From Tetramitus jugosus (taxonomy: Eukaryota > Protista > Heterolobosea): a DNA stretch of 64,000 nucleotides. The first letter of the stretch is position 1, and each line of letters begins with the position of its first letter. Below the pieces are notes generated by a model. The model was not told the origin of the DNA and made no database searches. It saw only the letters and a program-made list of their open reading frames with translations. A program made the position numbers and the translations under genes. Below are positions 44,087 through 54,497 of this stretch, in pieces. The stretch covers positions 372,001 through 436,000 of the forward strand of contig OW569372.1 in the NCBI GenBank assembly GCA_937625935.1. The letters run 5' to 3'.

Positions 44087-45850
44087 ATGAAAAGAAATAA
44101 ATCAGAACTCAATGCACAACCTAGTGTTAGGAGTTCTTCGATGATCTACACTCTGAGAAGAATGGACGGAACTGGTCAAAATCCTCCCCAAGTGATCCAA
44201 AAAACAATTGTCAGAAGTTACTCAACCAGAACTCACTCGTCTAGTATCAAAGTAGCGACTCGGGTGATGAAGGTGCATGAGGTGGGGAATTATAATCTGT
44301 CTGAACGAAGAGAACAACTTCAAAGAGACAAGGAGGAAGAACCCAGCGACTCACAGGGAAGTCTAGGTACTAAGAAGAATAGAGAACCAGAGAAATTGAC
44401 AAGGAGGTTGCTATCATCCAACAAAACTGTACATTCTCCTCGATGGTTGAAGAATACACTATCAGAAAGTTCATTAAGTCTTTCTAGCCAGAGGAGACCA
44501 TCATCAGCTCTTCCTTATGGTAGAGGTACACATGGATTTGAACAACGACCACAATCTGCTCCTTCGGGGATGGCTAACCAACCATGGGTGGGGATTCGGG
44601 ATATGACTCCCCTTCAGAAGAATAGGTACTTAATAGCACTCGAGAAAGAAAATTCTTCTAAGACAACAATTGAGATGGAAGAAAAACCGAGACACAAAGA
44701 AAAGAAGCAGATCATTCGAGAGAGATATTCTCCAGAATCCCATTATGTGCTCTATGATGAGGAGAATATTCCGATGGCATCTAACTGGGAGAATCCGAAT
44801 AAGTTTTTATTTTCTGACATGCCAGACCGTGCAAAACTAACATCTATGGAACAGATAGAGTATGATACTCTAGCAGCGACGAACTTATTGCGGACTAGAC
44901 CGGGTGCCTTTGCTCAAATGTTGGGAATGCTGAAGGAGTTTTACTCCTCTGATGGAACAGAGTTTCGAGCACCTGGACTCAACTCGCTTGTCAAGCCGGG
45001 TGGATTAGCGGATCTTGAGGATTGTATAGAATATTTGAAGAATCAAACACCAGTCCCACCATTAGTTTACTCAAAAGCTCTATCTCTAGCCTGTCGAGAT
45101 TTTGCAGAGGATTCGGACAAAAATGGATTGAGGGGTAACAATGGTCTAAACCAATCTGTTTTTTCTAGATGCGAGAAGTATGGGAAGCCTGCTAGTGGGG
45201 ATGGTGGGGAAAACATAACCTATGGAGAAAACACTGGGATAGGAACTGTCATTGACCTAGTGCTCCAAGGAAATCACCGCACAGAATTATTCGTGAACCA
45301 GTACAAAATGATGGGAATAGGTTGTGTGCAACATTCAAACTCCAAGAATATCTGTGTTTGTGCTTTTGCATCTTCTTTCATTGATCGAGTAAAAAGGAGT
45401 GATGAGAAAAGAAGCAAAATTCCAAAGGGAATTTCTCCTCAGTATACTGGACCCTTAGTACCTCCGATCATATCTTCAAGCAACTGGTCGAAAGTAAATC
45501 TATTGGCTTTTGAAACTATCATCGCTTCGTTGGGCTCGAGGAAGAAAGAACTTAAGACCAAGAAAGTCAAGGGCCCTACGATGTTGAGAAAAACTGCGAT
45601 CAGTGCAGTTCATCCTCTGACTGGTAAACTTGAGGCAGGGCCACGAGTGGACTTTGTATTCCAATTGTCTGGCGAATGTTCAGTAGAGAGGTACATTTTG
45701 TTCAACAATGGAAAGCCGTATCCCTTCCGACTTCAGCTTCCGAAATACTTAACTCTAACTCTCAAGAGTCTAGAACGACCAAGTGTAACTATATCTGAAC
45801 AAGTAGATTCAACACAATTGATTCCCGTACTCGAGTATCAAGTAGAATAA
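44087..45850 (+). CDS. CAP/SCP (allergen V5/Tpx-1-like) domain protein, no signal peptide
   Basis: NLLRTRP, PPLVYSKALSLAC, GENITYG and NHRTELF...MGIG motifs. Confidence 0.75.
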   Translation: MKRNKSELNAQPSVRSSSMIYTLRRMDGTGQNPPQVIQKTIVRSYSTRTHSSSIKVATRVMKVHEVGNYNLSERREQLQRDKEEEPSDSQGSLGTKKNREPEKLTRRLLSSNKTVHSPRWLKNTLSESSLSLSSQRRPSSALPYGRGTHGFEQRPQSAPSGMANQPWVGIRDMTPLQKNRYLIALEKENSSKTTIEMEEKPRHKEKKQIIRERYSPESHYVLYDEENIPMASNWENPNKFLFSDMPDRAKLTSMEQIEYDTLAATNLLRTRPGAFAQMLGMLKEFYSSDGTEFRAPGLNSLVKPGGLADLEDCIEYLKNQTPVPPLVYSKALSLACRDFAEDSDKNGLRGNNGLNQSVFSRCEKYGKPASGDGGENITYGENTGIGTVIDLVLQGNHRTELFVNQYKMMGIGCVQHSNSKNICVCAFASSFIDRVKRSDEKRSKIPKGISPQYTGPLVPPIISSSNWSKVNLLAFETIIASLGSRKKELKTKKVKGPTMLRKTAISAVHPLTGKLEAGPRVDFVFQLSGECSVERYILFNNGKPYPFRLQLPKYLTLTLKSLERPSVTISEQVDSTQLIPVLEYQVE

Positions 45851-45950
45851 ACCGTTACTGCTAAAGCAAACCGTTTTGGGCGCCAAGTGTTCGGCCAATT
45901 ACTTACAGGCCACCCATGGGGATAATCTCAAAAAACAACTGACGAGAGAA

Positions 45951-48118
45951 ATGGATGATTTGTTGAGCTCTAGGATCTCAAGGTCTCATATTACTAGACC
46001 AATATATCCGAGAAGGACTCCCATCATCCCAATTACACTTAGTCAGCACCAAAATGGCTTAACTGCGGAAAACTACCCCATGGCATCCGTTTTTGATTCC
46101 TCTGCATCTCCTACATCTCCACAGAATCCAGAACTTGGCATCCAGAACAAAAGCATGAACAGTTCAGCCGATTCTCCTACTATTCTTCAATTCAATAATC
46201 ACATTGACGAAATCTTCAAGTGTTTTATTTGTTTGGGTAAGGCAGAGAATCCTCACTTGTGTCCTTACTGCTCTAAAATGGTGTGCTATGATTGCATAAA
46301 GGTATGGTCAAAATCTCGAATGATCAACAGAAGGTGGCTGTTCATATTAACTTTCTATTATAGAGGTGGCTCATGGATCAGAAGAAATCATTTTGTCCCC
46401 ACTGTCGTGCAAATGTTAGAGTATCCCAGTTAGTCAACTGTAGATTTGTTGCAGAAATCTCCCAAGAAATTGACAAGCTCACAAACCAACGCAAACATAA
46501 GAAAGAAGCTGATAAAAAGTTATCAATAGTGGATTCGTGTCTAGTTCACTCTTTAGCATTGGGATACTACTGTGAGACTTGTAAGGAAGCTATATGCAGC
46601 GATTGTGCAATGTTCGATGAACAACACAAGAACCATTCTTTCAAGAAAATTACCGAAGTGTATCAACAACACTTGCAAGTAGTGAAGGCTGATTGTGAAT
46701 TACTGGGAGCTAGGTTAACTCTCCTTCGAAAATATCTTAGAGAGATAGATTCAAACATTCATTCCTTGAACAAATCAAAGAACGACAAAGCGAAAGAGAT
46801 GGACAAGGTGGTGAGGGAGATGAAAGATAGACTTGACTCTCAACTCAAAGACAAGATTAACTCCTCTCAATCTCTCAGAAGTTCAATATCTGATGAAGTG
46901 GATTTGTTAGATAAGATGCACTCTGAGCTTCAGAGACAGATTGGACAAAGTTCTCAGAGTATGTTGATTGCAAAAACTGACGAGATTAGAAGAATGATTA
47001 AGGAGGTGAACGAACAAGAGCCCATTCCTTATTCGACGCTTCAACTACAAGCAGATTTTTCTTCTGAACTAGTCCCAGATTATGATGAAGGAATTTTCGA
47101 AGTGAAGAACTTTTCTTGTTTGGGACTTTCTGATATCGTCTATTCAGATCCTCTCTACGTGAATGGGTTAACATGGAGACTAAAAGTTTATCCCTGCGGA
47201 ACAGGAATGGCTCAAGGAACATTCATCTCGGTTTTCTTGGAGATGGTTAAGGGATTGAGAAATCCAACTAGATATGAGTATAAGGTCGAAATGATCAACT
47301 TTATTGATCCCAAACGGAGTATCCTCAGAGAATTTTCTTCGGTGTTCGAAACTGGTGAATGTTGGGGTTACAATCGATTTTGTAAGAATGAACAGATAAG
47401 GAGTGAAGGATTTGTATGTCCCGTGAATGACACTGTCAAATTTAAGTTCTTTGTTCGTCCACCGAGTTACTATCAGAGATGTTTAGAGCAGAAAAGATAC
47501 ATTCGAAACTTGAAGGATTCACGTCATAAACTCCAAGAGTTAGTTGAGGATTTAAGGATAAAGCTGGAGGAAGCTGTATCCAAAGAGTCCACCAGAGAAG
47601 ACGAAACTCGACAACATTCAATAACAACAAGCTACTCCAATAGTGATGAGGATGAAGGAGACGTATTTCAAAACTCTGAGGGGAACTCTGACTGTGAGGA
47701 AACAAGTGAAGTGAACACTCGAGAGCAATTCTCAGAAGACAGCCCGACTAGGGGGCAAGCACTACAGAACAGAATAATGAAATTCGAGAGATCCACATTA
47801 AGAAATACTGATGTGGCATGCTCCCCCATCGAAAAAACTTCTGACATTGATCAATCATTACTGGATGTCCCACAAACGTGGTTAGCCAAGCTGGAACAGG
47901 AAAAGAAATTCGATGGACAAATCTTCTTGACGGACGCAACAGGTGAGAGCAGCGAACACTTTGTATTTGGATTAGATAACAATCAAAATCAAACTGACTA
48001 CATTGTTCCTATTCGATCGCTATTCTCAGATGCCTCTGAGGAATCGAATGACCAGTGGACAAGTGCTGTTGATTCAACTCAAACTCATTTTGAAGTCGAA
48101 CTACAGACCATCGAATAG
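45951..48118 (+). CDS. TRIM37: E3 ubiquitin ligase TRIM37-like (RING, B-box, coiled coil, MATH); intron 46302..46363
   Basis: FKCFICLGK..LCPYCSKMVCYDCIK|RWL..CPHCRA (RING), CLVH...YYCETC..ICSDCAMF (B-box), LVPDYD, WRLKVYP and CWGYNRF (MATH). Start could be 45951 or 46080. Confidence 0.92.
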
Positions 48119-48121
48119 ATT

Positions 48122-51037
48122 CTATTCTTCTGCTTCATTTTCATCACTTTCTTCATCACTGATCAGAATCGCATTTCCGTCTTGAGATGAAGACACTGGT
48201 ATTTGAGTGGTGTTGGTTGTCGTTTTCTTCACCCACGTGTTGATTCCAGACACTCCCTTCAGTATCTTGGTAGCAATAAGCTCGTCATCAGCCTTGTTTG
48301 ACAACAATCGCAATACTTCCTCTAAGTGTGCCATAGTTTGACCTCTTTTGGAATTGCTAGACAAAGCTGATGCAATCCGTTTCTGAAGAGTATCTATCTT
48401 GTTTTGAACAGTTGCAAGCTGTTTGTTGGAAGCACTGTACCGACGCGAGAGAGAATCTTTGAACGTACTCAAATCAACGTGATCGTCCGGTGTATCGATA
48501 GGAGTAGGAGTAGGCTTTGATGTCGTACTGAGAGCTTCTCTTCCTTCAAGAGTGAAAATTTTGTGAATAAATCGATCACCAACATCACACTCCGTGCCAT
48601 TATTGAACACCGTCAATCCTCCATCAATAAATAACAGACCAACAATAATGAATAAGAGATGCTTCTTGTTCTGCACAGCGACACCCAACTGATGAGGGAA
48701 GAGCTTCGCATGACTCAGCTTCTTCATGATTTCCTCTCTCTGAATCGTCAATGAGCCAATTATGAGAGAAACGGTAGGTCTGCAAAAGACGTGTAATGCC
48801 AGCACTAATTTTACAATCGCACGCCCAACTCGATAAACGTTGTTGCGGTCCATAGATACTTCAGATCGATATAAGCAGCGAGACACTATGGACTTGCTCT
48901 TGAACTGGTAATTCAGAAATTGTTGTAACATTAAAATTTTCTTATCATCTTGTGTTACACTGGGACCACTTGTTCTAATCTTTCGAACTGATTCTTTGAA
49001 TATGACCTTCTCACAAAAGTCAAGTACACTATTCAAATCACCTTTTCGATCAATAAAAATGGCACCTGTCAGTGCCTCGACTGCATCGGCAATATGCTTT
49101 TGGGTAATAGTGATAGCACTCATCATATATGATTCCAAGCCGATCGCCTTACCTAGAGTGGCCAAGTTGTTGTTTGTCACTAACTTTGACATTCGCTTTT
49201 CGGTATCCTGGTAATCTTTGCTATAAAAGTAGATGGCATTTGCCACATCAAGCACTGAGTCTCCCAGGAATTCTAAACGCTCATTACCAATGAACCTGTT
49301 GCCATGAAACAACGCAAATGAGTCGTGCATCAAACATTGCCGCAACAAAAATGGATTCTCAAATTGAATTTGTAACTTTTGTTCGAGCGTTTGCAATGAC
49401 TTCAAGTGTCGAACAATGGATTCATTAAACTCCTGTATAAAGTTGCGTCGCTCCATAATCTTCATCACTCCCGATGCAAAAGGAGTACAATACAGTTGAT
49501 CACACGGTATCATTACAATTCCATCATTGTGGATCTTCTCCAATCCTTTTCTTCTCGTCTTTTCTCCTGCCAATATGGCTCTCAAATAAGTGGCCAAATA
49601 ATCTTTGTTGGAATGCCTCAGAGTTGAAACAGAGGAAATATATTTGACCTCAGAACAACCAGCGAGCCAGTTTGTCTTAGATGACAAGAACAAATCAAGA
49701 AATTCAACAAGATAGAGTTTGTTTGTCTTTTTGTGAACAAACACACAATCTTCAAACATGAGAGACAGCGTTGTGTAGTCACTTGACACCACCTTTTTCT
49801 CAAGCATGTAAGAAGACAGGGATGACAATGAAATCTTTGATGTATTCAACTGATCCTGAACAAACGTACTCAACGTATCCGTACAAGTCATATCGTGATC
49901 TCTGCGATTCACTGACATCATACTCTTCATGCACTGAAACAATTGATCAAATGAAAAATTGCCTCCGTCCTGTTCGCGTGCCACTTGTTGAGTTTCCTCT
50001 GTCAATTTACTCGACAACAACGATGCATCTCTCATTGGAAACAGCAAAAATCGACCAGAAATATCCTGGTTGACCACCGAGTTACTAATCATGGCATACT
50101 CTCTTCTGCTGCTGCTACCACTCTTGTGGTTGCTGCCATGATTGTCACTTGATGCAGCAGAAGAAGAAGAAGAAGTATTATTATTGACTGCCAACAACTC
50201 TGATTCATACCAATTCATCAAGCATCGTATATCACTCTCATTCATATCGACCTTGAACAAGAAAACAGGAGAAACAAATGTACCTCTCTGTTGCAAATCT
50301 GTTCGTTCCATCAAATCATGCACATGAAATGGACAGAATGGAAACGGTCTCTGCAAATCATAAAAACTGAACAAGAGAACTGAATTGAAATAATTGTTCT
50401 TGTGATTGGCAAGTGCATTCGTCTGGTGCATGATGCACTTTAGTTCATACACATACATTTCATCTTGTATGATCACTACGCTATCAGTACGAGTGTGACT
50501 ACTATGATTATCATTTCTATTGCTATGATTATTATTATTACTAGCAGCAGTTGTAGTTGCTGTAGTAGTAGTCGCAGAAGAACTAGTTGTTGACGTGCTA
50601 GTGGCAGTAGGAGTAGCTGTGGCAGTAAGAGGTGGAGGAGTACTTGATGAAGGTGGTGGTGTGGTGATCGTAGTAGTAGTCGCAGCACTTGTGTTTCTAT
50701 TCTTGTTGTTAATGTTATTGTGTTGTTGTTGTTGTTGCAAGTTTCTGAAGAGTGAACCTGTGGGGAAGCGATTGTTGCTGGAATAACGAATAAAATTCAA
50801 CAAATTTTGGTCTTCTGCGCAGTGATCATTACTATTGTTATTGTTGCTGTTGTTATCGCTCGAAGGAGCCTTTTGATTGTTGTTATTGTTGTTATTGTTG
50901 GTGTCATGCGAAAGCTTTTGTCTCTTGGAGGATTGTTGTTGCTGTTCTTGGTCTTGTTGGTGTTGGTGTTGTTGGAGAGCTACATTGGTGTTTGATGACA
51001 ACACTTCTTGCTCCTCCTGAGCTCGTTTCCTTCTCAT
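48122..51037 (-). CDS. Dicer-like RNase III protein: one intact and one degenerate RNase III domain
   Basis: NERLEFLGDSVLD and ADAVEALTGAIFID, followed by a second repeat LQQFLNYQF...VGRAIVKL...GLLFIDGG. Low-complexity N-terminus. Confidence 0.85.
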   Translation of the reverse strand: MRRKRAQEEQEVLSSNTNVALQQHQHQQDQEQQQQSSKRQKLSHDTNNNNNNNNQKAPSSDNNSNNNNSNDHCAEDQNLLNFIRYSSNNRFPTGSLFRNLQQQQQHNNINNKNRNTSAATTTTITTPPPSSSTPPPLTATATPTATSTSTTSSSATTTTATTTAASNNNNHSNRNDNHSSHTRTDSVVIIQDEMYVYELKCIMHQTNALANHKNNYFNSVLLFSFYDLQRPFPFCPFHVHDLMERTDLQQRGTFVSPVFLFKVDMNESDIRCLMNWYESELLAVNNNTSSSSSAASSDNHGSNHKSGSSSRREYAMISNSVVNQDISGRFLLFPMRDASLLSSKLTEETQQVAREQDGGNFSFDQLFQCMKSMMSVNRRDHDMTCTDTLSTFVQDQLNTSKISLSSLSSYMLEKKVVSSDYTTLSLMFEDCVFVHKKTNKLYLVEFLDLFLSSKTNWLAGCSEVKYISSVSTLRHSNKDYLATYLRAILAGEKTRRKGLEKIHNDGIVMIPCDQLYCTPFASGVMKIMERRNFIQEFNESIVRHLKSLQTLEQKLQIQFENPFLLRQCLMHDSFALFHGNRFIGNERLEFLGDSVLDVANAIYFYSKDYQDTEKRMSKLVTNNNLATLGKAIGLESYMMSAITITQKHIADAVEALTGAIFIDRKGDLNSVLDFCEKVIFKESVRKIRTSGPSVTQDDKKILMLQQFLNYQFKSKSIVSRCLYRSEVSMDRNNVYRVGRAIVKLVLALHVFCRPTVSLIIGSLTIQREEIMKKLSHAKLFPHQLGVAVQNKKHLLFIIVGLLFIDGGLTVFNNGTECDVGDRFIHKIFTLEGREALSTTSKPTPTPIDTPDDHVDLSTFKDSLSRRYSASNKQLATVQNKIDTLQKRIASALSSNSKRGQTMAHLEEVLRLLSNKADDELIATKILKGVSGINTWVKKTTTNTTQIPVSSSQDGNAILISDEESDENEAEE

Positions 51038-51111
51038 TTTTGTGTGAAAGCTTTTGGTGATTTAGAAAAAAGTCGAACACAGGGAGAAAATCGGTAAACA
51101 AGAAAAAAAAC

Positions 51112-51792
51112 ATGTTGAAACTTCAATCAATCAAGCACAACAAGATTGTGCGGACATGCTTGGCACTTGGACACAGTAGCACTCATCGAGTACTACCATC
51201 GACTTCTATAATGTTGCGATCCATGTCACTCATGGCCAAGAACCAGAACACATCCAACTTTACACAGGAACAAAAACAAAGAATTCTCGAGGATTCCAAG
51301 CGTGCTCTTGATCGCGAAAAGAAACGATTTGAGCGGGAAACGGGGAAACCGTACGACACTACGGCCGCAGCGGGTGAGAACAATTCGAACCAGAACAACA
51401 AGCGAAAGTTTTCAAAGGGAACTTTGCTTGCGATAGCTCTCTTGTTCCTATCTATCGCATGTATTTCATATCTGGCTGACTTGAGACAAGACTCCAACGA
51501 GTTAGCTCAAACAGAGGAACAACAAAAGCAACAAAGGAAAAGAATGATGTCTCAACAGGAACAAGAACAAAAGCACTCAAACGATGTAGCTCAATCACTG
51601 CAGCACAAGCTCTTGTCGACAGTGGACAAGATTAGTGAACGGAGAGAAATGGAAAAGCAACAGGAGAAGCCACCTGTCCAAACATTGGATGAATATAGAA
51701 ATTCGTTTGCCGGCAGAATGTTTGAACATGTTGAATCATTCAAGGAGAAGATTACTGGACTAAGTATTGGGGACAAGAAGAAGGAGGAATAA
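51112..51792 (+). CDS. Hypothetical single-pass membrane protein, possibly mitochondrial
   Basis: Basic, acid-free N-terminus, one TM segment (LLAIALLFLSIACISYL) and a coiled-coil C-terminus. Confidence 0.7.
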   Translation: MLKLQSIKHNKIVRTCLALGHSSTHRVLPSTSIMLRSMSLMAKNQNTSNFTQEQKQRILEDSKRALDREKKRFERETGKPYDTTAAAGENNSNQNNKRKFSKGTLLAIALLFLSIACISYLADLRQDSNELAQTEEQQKQQRKRMMSQQEQEQKHSNDVAQSLQHKLLSTVDKISERREMEKQQEKPPVQTLDEYRNSFAGRMFEHVESFKEKITGLSIGDKKKEE

Positions 51793-52244
51793 ACCATGCG
51801 TCCTCGCGGGGAATTCCTATGATTGTTTGTCAACACTAATTACTTTCATTGCTCTCTAGTGTGGAAACTTCAACTTGCTAGCTTTTGAAGAGACCGAACT
51901 GGTGCTTTTTCTTTCACCTAGCTCTCATTCTTATCGCTTCTCAGTTTCTATGCTAGTTTGTGATGTTCGGGTTGACTTGGTCTTCGTCTTCATCCCAGAC
52001 ATGTTGTTCGTACAATGTAATCCCTATTTCTTCCTCGTTCACTTTTGTGCTATCCTCTTCAGGTTCCAGTAATTGAATCTTGCAATAAGATATCGATCGG
52101 TTTTCATGACAAAAAACAAATTTGTTCCGAGACACAAGCGAGTTCCAAGACCATGTAGATGTGGTAGAGGTTCATGAACATCACAAGTATAGCATAGACA
52201 AAACCTTACACAAACGCCGAGTGTATCCAATGCAGGAGAAGTAT

Positions 52245-53230
52245 TCAACTCAACATACATCTAGATTTTCTATTTACTCGTTGCATTAACAAGTCTTGTC
52301 CGTCTTTAATCGCCACTCGCGGCTGACATGAGTAAAAACGTCTCAGTATCATGTCAGTCATGACCGTAGCGTTATCAGGTGTCAACTCAAGGTACTCCAA
52401 AGGTAAAATATCGAACACGTGGGCACAATCCTGGAGGAACCTTGATTTAGAAATAGGTGCAGCTTCGCACCAGACACCAACTCCAACAATCAACACACCC
52501 TTACATAATTCAAGATTTAACTTTGGGATACTCTCCAGGAGTGCAACCAACGCTCTAGACAAAGAATTGGAACTGTACGAATTAGTAATGGGATAGCTGT
52601 CTTCATTCCATGCATGCCTCGTGTCTACTGTGATCACTAAGCATTGAACTTCACGATAGTAAGATCTTGGAATCACATGATTCGTTACCCGACCGACAAT
52701 CCACATTAGAATTACCAAGTTCGGAATCCTCTTTGGTTCTCTGGAGGCCAGACTTAAGAGCCTATAATGAATACCCACATGCATGCATGGTTCACCATCT
52801 GGAGGTATATCAAGTTGTCTTTTGCCCAACGCGTGGATCACTGATAGATTCAGTTGACTGTCGCACACACCAAACATTACTCTTGGCTTTAAACAAGCGC
52901 CTCCTCGAATAGGGATTCGACTGGATCGAATGGAAATCGAGGAAACCGTCTGAAGTTCCATTCGTAATCTCTCATCGCATCACAACAACCATTTTGACCA
53001 TGGTCTGCACGTGATGTTGTGGTTTGTAGTAATTTAGGTCGGCTCGTGAATCCTCCTTGGATAATGCAGGCCCAATCTCTCTTCAGGAGCGCTGTCCACA
53101 AGTGTTGATTGCATCTGACCTTGTCATAGGCAATGGAATGAGTCTGGGAGTAGTGACACACATCAGGCACTGGAAGGAAGAGCAAAATCTGAAATTGTTC
53201 ATCCCAGCTGAGACAATGATCTATTGGCAT
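52245..53230 (-). CDS. F-box plus degenerate Ras/Rab-like domain, split across two frames (intron or frameshift)
   Basis: F-box-like LSWDEQFQILLFLPVPDVCHYSQ...LWTALLKRDW, then HVGIHY...ILMWIVG...SYYREVQCLVITVD...VLIVG in the overlapping ORF 52245..52961. Confidence 0.5.
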
Positions 53231-53572
53231 GACTTCTTTGTCTAACAATCTTGGGTTTTGTTTGCTTGTTTCGAAAGCCAGCAGAGGCTCAAAAAATGCC
53301 CCACGTACGTCAAAAATCCTCAAACCATCTTGCAATCCCGAGCACAAGAGCGGATGAGCACGATTCCAAGTCTGTCATCTTCAATTCCACTGAATTGCAA
53401 ACCTGACATTCAACAATTTTTAAGTAATGCTTCTCACCGTAGCTTCTTGGCGTGTTTCTTATTTTTAGCATTGCACCGCTTCAGTTTTGGGCGATCAAAA
53501 AAAGAAAACACAAAACAACAACAACACGTTTTACAGCAACAACAACAAAAAGCAAAGAATCATATCAACATC

Positions 53573-54318
53573 ATGAATATTTTCAGACTATTTGGAGATT
53601 TACTCCATCTGTCCAGCATCTTCCTCCTACTCTACAAGCTCATCAAAATTAGAAATGCAAGAAACATTTCACTCAAAACACAACGACTCTACTTGCTCAT
53701 CTTCTTAACAAGATATCCTGATCTATTCTTTTCCTATATTTCTCTCTATAATACTGTGATGAAGGTATGACTGTTTGTTTGCTTGTTTTTCTTAAATGAA
53801 CAAGATTTGATGGCTCATTTTGCTTTTTGATGATGTTTCATGGTTGTTTCATGGTTGTTTGTTAGATCTTTTTCCTGTGTTCGGCACTTGCTGTTGTCTA
53901 CTATATCCAAGGACCCTACAGAGCGACATATAATGCTGAAGATGATATTTTCCCTGTGAAATACTTGATTCTCGGTGCAGCTGTCATGGCTTTTATTTTC
54001 CCTGATCGATACACGTTGTTTGAACTCTCGTGGACATTTTCCATCTTTTTGGAATCGGTTGCTATTATGCCGCAGCTTCAAATGATGCAGTCATCGGGTG
54101 GTGCTGAAGCTCTGACTCATCATTACATTTTCTTGCTCGGTGGTTACAGAGCACTGTATTTGTTAAATTGGATTTATCGATTTTTGTTCGAGAAATATAC
54201 GCCATATAATGCATGGTTGGCCGGATTGATTCAAACAGCGCTTTATGCAGACTTTTTCTACATTTATGTTAAGAAGGTGTGGAGATCGGGTCGAGAGTCA
54301 CTGCCATATGACAAGTAA
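53573..54318 (+). CDS. ERD2: ER lumen protein retaining receptor (KDEL receptor); intron 53765..53865
   Basis: MNIFRLFGDLLHL, ISLKTQ, SLYNTVMK, WTFSIFLESVAIMPQL, LGGYRALYLLNW and QTALYADFFY motifs; 214 aa after splicing. Confidence 0.97.
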
Positions 54319-54497
54319 TTGTTTGGGCAGAACAGAGCAAAGGAATGAAAAGATGATATCTATGACACACATTTTGTTTTTCTTTACTTTTGATCAGCAA
54401 TTACGGAATTCAACCATTAAAACCTAATCATGATTAGGATCAATCCTAACTTTCTATTTTCACATGTACACATTTTAATTTTGTTTATTGAACGCGC

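Noticed and set aside
52886-52895. TTTAAAG slippery heptamer at the F-box/GTPase frame junction
   Set aside because: The heptamer is not in the X XXY YYZ register of the upstream frame, so canonical -1 frameshifting is not supported.
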